Source of the DNA: Candidatus Woesearchaeota archaeon
Lineage (GTDB): Archaea; Nanobdellota; Nanobdellia; Pacearchaeales; GW2011-AR1
Length of the DNA: 50,715 bases
Assembly (NCBI GenBank): GCA_964613185.1
Contig: CAZTIP010000001.1
Span: 1 to 50,715, forward strand
Direction of reading: 5' to 3'
In this document: positions 45,293 through 50,715 of the stretch, piece after piece
How positions within the stretch are numbered: position 1 is the stretch's first letter
How the letters are laid out: every line of letters starts with the position of its first letter
Position numbers and translations under genes: made by a program
Notes under the pieces: model-generated
What the model was told of the DNA's origin: nothing
Seen by the model: the letters and a program-made list of their open reading frames with translations, nothing else
Databases searched by the model: none

Positions 45293-46831
45293 ATGGAAGA
45301 ATTAAATATGACCCCGCGAGACTATCAACAGTCAATATTCGAAACTTGTAGGGAAAAAGATTGTTTAGTGGTTTTACCTACAGGAACGGGAAAAACATTA
45401 ATTGCATTAATGATGGCCATTGACAGATTCAAAAAGTATCCGTTAAAAAAAGTAGTTATTTTAGCTCCAACAAAACCTTTAATTGAACAACATTTTGAAT
45501 CCTTCAAAAAAAACCTTCCAGAAGGTTGGGCAGACATGCAATTATTTACAGGAAAAACTCCTGCAAAAAAAAGGAAAGAAATTTGGGAATTTGCAGAGTT
45601 TATATTTTCAACACCTCAATGTATTTCAAACGATTTAAAAAAACGGCTTTACAATTTAAACGAAGTAAGTTTGTTAATAATCGATGAGTGTCACCGGTGT
45701 GTAAAAAATTATGCATACAATAAAATCGCAGAAAATTATAAATCCTATAATTCCGAAGGAAGGGTTCTAGGATTAACGGCATCTCCAGGTTCAGATAAAG
45801 AAACAATAACCCAAGTTTGTGAAAATCTCGGAATTAAATCTGTCGAAATAAGAACTCGCGAAAGCCAAGATGTAAAACCTTATTTGAAAGAATTAGAATT
45901 TCAAAAAATAGATGTTACATTTCCACCTGAATTCGAAGATATCCGGTTTTTGCTTCAACAAATCTATAATCAGAAGATTACAGAATTAAAAAATCGAAAA
46001 GTCTTGTTCGGATTTGCTTCAAAAACAATGCTCTTAAAAACCCAATCAAAATTAATGGACGAGATTAAAAGGAAAAATGATATGAATAAAATGCTTGCAG
46101 TTTCTGCATGTGCTCAGGCCCTCAAAATTTCTCACGCATTAGAACTATTAGAAACCCAAACGCTTTCATCATTCCTTGCATACCTAAAGGATTTATTCAA
46201 ACAGGCTTCAGAAAAAAAATCAAAAGGAGTTCAAAAATTAACGAAAGATCCATTTTTTGCAAAAGCATATTCATTAGCAACACTTCTTCAAATCGAACAT
46301 CCAAAATTAGGAACTTTAAAAAATATAATTACAGAACAATTTCAAAAAGATTCAAATTCAAAAATAATTATTTTTGCACAATTTAGAGAAACTGTCAGAA
46401 CAATTTCGGAAATGTTGAATAAACTTGAAGGAATCCGTGCAGACAATTTTGTAGGGCAATCAATTAAAGACCATGGAAAGGGAAAAACTACTGGATTGAA
46501 ACAGAAAGAACAAAAGAAAATGATTGAAAAATTTAAAAGGGGAGAAATAAATATTCTTGTCGCAACTTCAATCGCTGAAGAAGGGTTGGATATTCCCGAA
46601 GTTAATGAAGTGATTTTCTACGAACCAATCCCTTCTGCAATTCGGAAAATTCAAAGAGCAGGAAGAACAGCAAGATTATCAAAAGGTTCATTAAAAATTT
46701 TAGTTACAAAAAATACTCGAGATGAAATCTATCACTATACTGCAAATAATAAAGAGAAAAGGATGCACAAGGCAATAGATCAAATAAAAAAAAGTTTTGA
46801 TTCTGGAGAAAAACAAAAAAGATTATTTTAA
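45293..46831 (+). CDS. hef: Hef/FANCM-type SF2 helicase
   Basis: LPTGTGKT, APTKPL, DECHR, GLTASPG, ATSIAEEGLDIP, QRAGRTAR. Confidence 0.92.
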   Translation: MEELNMTPRDYQQSIFETCREKDCLVVLPTGTGKTLIALMMAIDRFKKYPLKKVVILAPTKPLIEQHFESFKKNLPEGWADMQLFTGKTPAKKRKEIWEFAEFIFSTPQCISNDLKKRLYNLNEVSLLIIDECHRCVKNYAYNKIAENYKSYNSEGRVLGLTASPGSDKETITQVCENLGIKSVEIRTRESQDVKPYLKELEFQKIDVTFPPEFEDIRFLLQQIYNQKITELKNRKVLFGFASKTMLLKTQSKLMDEIKRKNDMNKMLAVSACAQALKISHALELLETQTLSSFLAYLKDLFKQASEKKSKGVQKLTKDPFFAKAYSLATLLQIEHPKLGTLKNIITEQFQKDSNSKIIIFAQFRETVRTISEMLNKLEGIRADNFVGQSIKDHGKGKTTGLKQKEQKKMIEKFKRGEINILVATSIAEEGLDIPEVNEVIFYEPIPSAIRKIQRAGRTARLSKGSLKILVTKNTRDEIYHYTANNKEKRMHKAIDQIKKSFDSGEKQKRLF

Positions 46832-47310
46832 TGAAATCCGTACATAATATTTTTACAAAATCACTTTCAATAGAAAAAAAAGAAAAATATAAAAATCCTA
46901 AAATTAAAATTATTGTGGATACAAGAGAAAAACAAAGTTTTGTTCCAACAAATTTAGAATCTAAAAAAGCAAATTGGGAATTTAAAACCTTGACTGAAGG
47001 AGATTATGAAATCGGGCATTACAGGATTGAAAGGAAAACCATAAATGATTTCGCAAGTTCTTTTATTTCAGGTCGTCTAGAACTTCAATTAAAAAACTTA
47101 AAAAAATTGCATCAGAATCCAATACTCTTATTTGAAAATTCGTCTTCACCAATTAAAACAAAATTACATAAAAACGTTATTAAATCAAATCTATTAAAAA
47201 TAACTTTAGAATTGAAAATTCCTGTAATCTATACAGATTCAGAAGAGGACACTGCAAACCAATTAATCTTACTAGCAAAAAGAATCGAAAAACATCAAAT
47301 AGGAGATTAA
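46831..47310 (+). CDS. ERCC4/XPF nuclease domain protein
   Basis: IIVDTRE, GDY, IERKT..DF motifs; TAATG overlap with the helicase. Confidence 0.88.
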   Translation: MKSVHNIFTKSLSIEKKEKYKNPKIKIIVDTREKQSFVPTNLESKKANWEFKTLTEGDYEIGHYRIERKTINDFASSFISGRLELQLKNLKKLHQNPILLFENSSSPIKTKLHKNVIKSNLLKITLELKIPVIYTDSEEDTANQLILLAKRIEKHQIGD

Positions 47311-48497
47311 GGACCTAAACTAAATCTTGCAAATTCAGTTTTTTCAGCAAAAGAACGGACATCTTCCAAGGTAACTTCATTAATTTTTTCAGGATACTTA
47401 TAATAATTTTCGGCACTTTCAGAAAATTCTTCAAATGTTAATCCGACAGCAACATCACTAGAACCTTCATCACCAACATGCCTATTTCCGATAACCTGGA
47501 TTTTAGCGGCTTCAAGTTCTTCTAAAGTAACTTGCCCCATTTTAGAAAATTCATCTAAACAAACTTTTTCAACCTCTTCAATATTTCCTGGGTCTGTTCC
47601 AGCCCAAATAACTAAATAACCATAATTTTTCCCAGAATCAAAGTCGGTTTTAACACCATAAACGAGCCCTCTTTTTTCACGAACTTCCCTAAATAATTTA
47701 CTAGACATTCCCTGTCCAAGAATTGTAGAAAAAATTTCTGCAGAATACCTATCTTTATCACCCATCAAAGGAAAATGAACGCCCAATGCAAGATTTGATT
47801 GATTCAAACTATCTCTTTTTTCAGATTCTCTCAAAATTCTTTTTTTAATTTCTGGAATTTCATGGATATTACCTTCTCGTTCAACAGAAAACTTTTCTGC
47901 AAATTTTACAACCTCTTCAAAGTCATTATTTCCAACAACAGTTAAAACAGAATTTTTTGGAACATACATTTGACGATGTTTATCAAATAACATTTTACGA
48001 CTCATACAGCAAACACCTTCTTCAGAACCTGCAATAAATAATCCGAAAGGTTTTTCATAAAGTGAATTTTTTATTTTTTCAAAAACATGTGCACGAGGAT
48101 TGTCACGGTACATTTTTATTTCTTCGCAAATAACTTTCGCTTCTTTTGCAACTTCTTCCTCAGGAAATGAAGCATTAAAAAAAACATCAAAAATTACATC
48201 TGTAGCAATTTCTAAATGTTCTGAAGGAAGTTTAACATGGTAAGCAGTAATTTCTTCAGAAGTGAAAGCATTCAATATCCCTCCAACTTTTTCAACCTCT
48301 TCTGCAATTTGATTAACAGTTCTTTTTTCAGTCCCTTTAAAACATAGATGTTCCATAAAATGTGCCATCCCTTTTTCCGCCTCGGTTTCATAAGCAGACC
48401 CATATTTTACAGAAAGCATAACAGTAGTTACAGGAACATCCCTTTTTTCATGCAAAATTGTTAATCCATTATCTAAAACTTTTTTATTAAATTTCAT
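47307..48497 (-). CDS. M16 (pitrilysin/insulinase) zinc peptidase
   Basis: GMAHFMEHLCFKGT (HxxEH), NAFTS, SSKLFREVREKRGLVY. Confidence 0.95.
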   Translation of the reverse strand: MKFNKKVLDNGLTILHEKRDVPVTTVMLSVKYGSAYETEAEKGMAHFMEHLCFKGTEKRTVNQIAEEVEKVGGILNAFTSEEITAYHVKLPSEHLEIATDVIFDVFFNASFPEEEVAKEAKVICEEIKMYRDNPRAHVFEKIKNSLYEKPFGLFIAGSEEGVCCMSRKMLFDKHRQMYVPKNSVLTVVGNNDFEEVVKFAEKFSVEREGNIHEIPEIKKRILRESEKRDSLNQSNLALGVHFPLMGDKDRYSAEIFSTILGQGMSSKLFREVREKRGLVYGVKTDFDSGKNYGYLVIWAGTDPGNIEEVEKVCLDEFSKMGQVTLEELEAAKIQVIGNRHVGDEGSSDVAVGLTFEEFSESAENYYKYPEKINEVTLEDVRSFAEKTEFARFSLGP

Positions 48498-48564
48498 ATC
48501 TCAAAAAAACGTCAAGAGTTTTTAAGGTTTATGTCACTACCCAATCTATTAGAAATTTGTAAAA

Positions 48565-49293
48565 TTATTTCTTTCTAAAAACAAAAATTTGTTCTCCAAA
48601 CATTTTAAAATCTTTCAAAACATTAAACTCATTAAATAAAAAATTTACCAACCATTTACGTTCAATCAAAAACTTTTTCCTACCGCTAATACTTTCCAGA
48701 GGAAATGTTAAAACAATAAATTCGCATTCAGAAGATATCTTCAAAATAAATTCCTTGGAAAAATTTTTTCTCAGATTTTCAAGAGCATCAATAAGTTGAA
48801 ACATAAAAACAACCCGAGGTTTTTTCATCATTTGGAGTTTTTTCAAAATAAATTTTGCCTCAAATAAATCTTTACAAATTGTACGGCCATTTAAGTTCTC
48901 ACTTAAAAAATAATCATTAGTTTGGCGGACGATTTGTCCAGAGGCTTCAAAACCCAAATAATCAACATCGCCAATAATTTTTTTGAGATATGGATAAGAA
49001 AATCCATTCACTCCAGAGCCTAAATCAATTACAGAACCAACATCATTAAAATCTTCAAATATTTCACCATAAAACTTATCATAATTTCTTTTTTTACTAG
49101 AAATATGGTGTTTCAAAATTTCTTCACCAATCATTTTTCCTTTCAAAATTTTATTAGTTAAAAAAACTCCAAAATATTTTCTTAATAATGCCCGGGATTT
49201 TTTAACATCACCTTCAGAAATCTTGACAGCCCTATCAACGATAGAATTAGGTAACTGTGAAAATTCTTTTTTTCTTTTTACTTCTTCAATCAA
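48565..49293 (-). CDS. SAM-dependent methyltransferase resembling the ArmA/Rmt/FmrO 16S rRNA methyltransferase family
   Basis: HISSKKR (cf. HxSTxER), VIDLGSGVNGFSY (cf. DxxCGxNP), VLTFPLESISGR (cf. VSFPxxSLxGR); TTG start. Confidence 0.6.
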   Translation of the reverse strand: MIEEVKRKKEFSQLPNSIVDRAVKISEGDVKKSRALLRKYFGVFLTNKILKGKMIGEEILKHHISSKKRNYDKFYGEIFEDFNDVGSVIDLGSGVNGFSYPYLKKIIGDVDYLGFEASGQIVRQTNDYFLSENLNGRTICKDLFEAKFILKKLQMMKKPRVVFMFQLIDALENLRKNFSKEFILKISSECEFIVLTFPLESISGRKKFLIERKWLVNFLFNEFNVLKDFKMFGEQIFVFRKK

Positions 49294-49295
49294 AT

Positions 49296-49832
49296 TTACA
49301 ATTTTAAAAACTCCGAAATAAGATTTTTTTGACGAACTTCGGGATGAAATAAAACCCCGTAAAAAGGTTTAGACTTATGTTTAACTGCTTGATAAATTTC
49401 AGATTTAGTAAAACTTTCAAATTCCTTAGAAAATTTGATAAAATTGTTATGCAAATGGTAAACTTCTTGTTCACCTTTCAATCCAAAAAAGTCTTTAGAA
49501 AAATTTTCGTTAAAGAATCCAATTTCAGTTTTATTTTTTAATTTCCCCCCATAAATCAGCCCAATAATTTGAAAACCGCCACAAATTCCAAACAAAGGTT
49601 TATCAAAATCTTTTATCCAAGAAAATTTTTCCAAGTTTTCAATAAAACTATCATCAAGTAAGCTAGTTCCACAAATAATGATTTTTTCAAAATTTTTCAA
49701 ATCACTTGAATAAATATCTAAATAATCTTTAACTTCGAAACGAATTTTTTCATTCTCTAAAATATCACAAATAGGTTTTACAAATTCATAATAATGTAAC
49801 TTATCCTTACAAATATTTATAATCAATATCAT
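49296..49832 (-). CDS. Class I glutamine amidotransferase (GuaA-A-like, stand-alone)
   Basis: PLFGICGGFQ nucleophile elbow and FHPE. Confidence 0.88.
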   Translation of the reverse strand: MILIINICKDKLHYYEFVKPICDILENEKIRFEVKDYLDIYSSDLKNFEKIIICGTSLLDDSFIENLEKFSWIKDFDKPLFGICGGFQIIGLIYGGKLKNKTEIGFFNENFSKDFFGLKGEQEVYHLHNNFIKFSKEFESFTKSEIYQAVKHKSKPFYGVLFHPEVRQKNLISEFLKL

Positions 49833-50527
49833 TTTAGTTTCGACACCATGTTATTCTTAATTTCCAAATTTAATTCCCTCCTCCAAGAATTTTTTTCACC
49901 AAAATCTTTAAATGATTTTATGGTTAGTTGTTGATTAAATAAAGGGCAATCCAAAACAAAACTTTCAAATTCACCTCCCTCGCCTGCAGGATTAATTTTA
50001 TATTTTTTCGCAAGTTTTTTAATTTCAAAAATAAATTTTTCATCCATTTTTCTTCCCAACCATTTTTTATCAAGAGGGTACGCACAAACAGAAGTTACAA
50101 CAACTTCAAATTTATGCTCAATCAAATCTTTCAAAATCTCTATTTGATCTTTCTGCCAAAGAGGGTTAAAACATTCAATTTTTAATTCATTACAAATCTT
50201 CTGGATTCGAGTAGCCTGGTAAACACTTTCAACGGCTCCAGTAACTATCCCCTCAATTTTAAATTTTTTAATAGCAGATTTTATAGAATCTTTCAAATCT
50301 TCAAGTTCAATTTCCTTTTCGCCTTTAGTTTCCTTAATAATTAAGGGGATATTCATAACATTTGATTGATTTTTAACACGTTTTATTGAAGGGGTGTGAA
50401 ACATATAACTTTCTTTATTTTCAGAGAAAACACTAATTAGGCAAGAAATTTCATGCCCTTCATTTTTAGAAATCAATGTGGCAAGCGTAGAATCTTTTCC
50501 ACCAGAAAATAATATGCCCAATTTCAT
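49829..50527 (-). CDS. dph6: Diphthine--ammonia ligase (Dph6 family PP-loop ATPase)
   Basis: SGGKDS, SYMFH, GAVESVYQ, PLWQ, GEGGEFES. Confidence 0.9.
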   Translation of the reverse strand: MKLGILFSGGKDSTLATLISKNEGHEISCLISVFSENKESYMFHTPSIKRVKNQSNVMNIPLIIKETKGEKEIELEDLKDSIKSAIKKFKIEGIVTGAVESVYQATRIQKICNELKIECFNPLWQKDQIEILKDLIEHKFEVVVTSVCAYPLDKKWLGRKMDEKFIFEIKKLAKKYKINPAGEGGEFESFVLDCPLFNQQLTIKSFKDFGEKNSWRRELNLEIKNNMVSKLK

Positions 50528-50612
50528 AATTAACCAACAAAAAAATCATTTAAGAGTTTTGCTAATAGTGTTTTTTTCAAAAACTTATTAAACTATTTTC
50601 AATTAAGAATAT

Positions 50613-50715
50613 ATCGCATCTACAAATCAATCACCATTTTATCAAAGGGCAGAACAAGAATTTCATGAATCTAGTTCTGACGAGGAAAGAATAGCCTGTT
50701 TAGAGATTATGATAA
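50613..50715 (+). CDS. 5' part of a probable DRG/TGS-domain GTPase, running off the window edge; apparent ATC start
   Basis: (I/M)ASTNQSPFYQRAEQEFHESSSDEERIACLEIMI resembles the N-terminus of archaeal TGS-domain GTPases; in-frame TAA at 50604-50606; TATA-like box at about 50584-50592. Confidence 0.55.
   Translation, partial: MASTNQSPFYQRAEQEFHESSSDEERIACLEIMI

Noticed and set aside
357-46386. Many short ORF-track entries antisense to or nested in long genes (e.g. 357-659, 7088-7597, 14771-15166, 36994-37649, 38838-39110, 29226-29441)
   Set aside because: Shadow frames of well-supported genes with no motifs; 38838-39110 and 29226-29441 are antisense to better-supported coupled small ORFs

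Overview
AT-rich archaeal chromosomal segment. Gene content and style (short ribosomal proteins, TFB, RadA, RPA, GINS, Bud32, mostly leaderless genes with a TATA box 25-30 nt upstream of the start codon) point to a DPANN/Nanobdellota genome, most like Pacearchaeota; this assignment is inference. Housekeeping blocks (glyS, minD, rps8e, tfb, rpl44e, rps3ae, ndk, gins51, ftsY, srp54, bud32, rps15, GAN/RecJ-like, rps27e, aIF2alpha, nop10, udg, radA, rpa, aEF-1beta, split Hef, M16 peptidase, dph6) and five tRNAs (Arg-TCT, Leu-TAG, Val-GAC, Thr-TGT, Gln-TTG) surround a large type IV pilus-like system at 28.4-41.4 kb. That system has an ATPase, a fused TadC-type platform, nine pilin-like genes (two are mini-pilins missed by the ORF track), an A24 prepilin peptidase and an oppositely oriented 851-aa protein ending in two bacterial GspG-like domains. 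A remote operon at 4.9-12.1 kb encodes a 613-aa pilin-like protein and a 1743-aa Cys-rich secreted protein with an SH3b-like tip. The platform gene and the remote operon are each headed by a small ribbon-helix-helix-like gene with operator-like repeats at its promoter. Other oddities: a tRNA-Gln 3'-half ghost with a hairpin insertion in the T-loop, tRNAs with non-canonical conserved positions, several pseudoenzymes, an ArmA/Rmt-like methyltransferase and an apparent ATC start codon. No CRISPR array, rRNA, integrase or transposase was seen.
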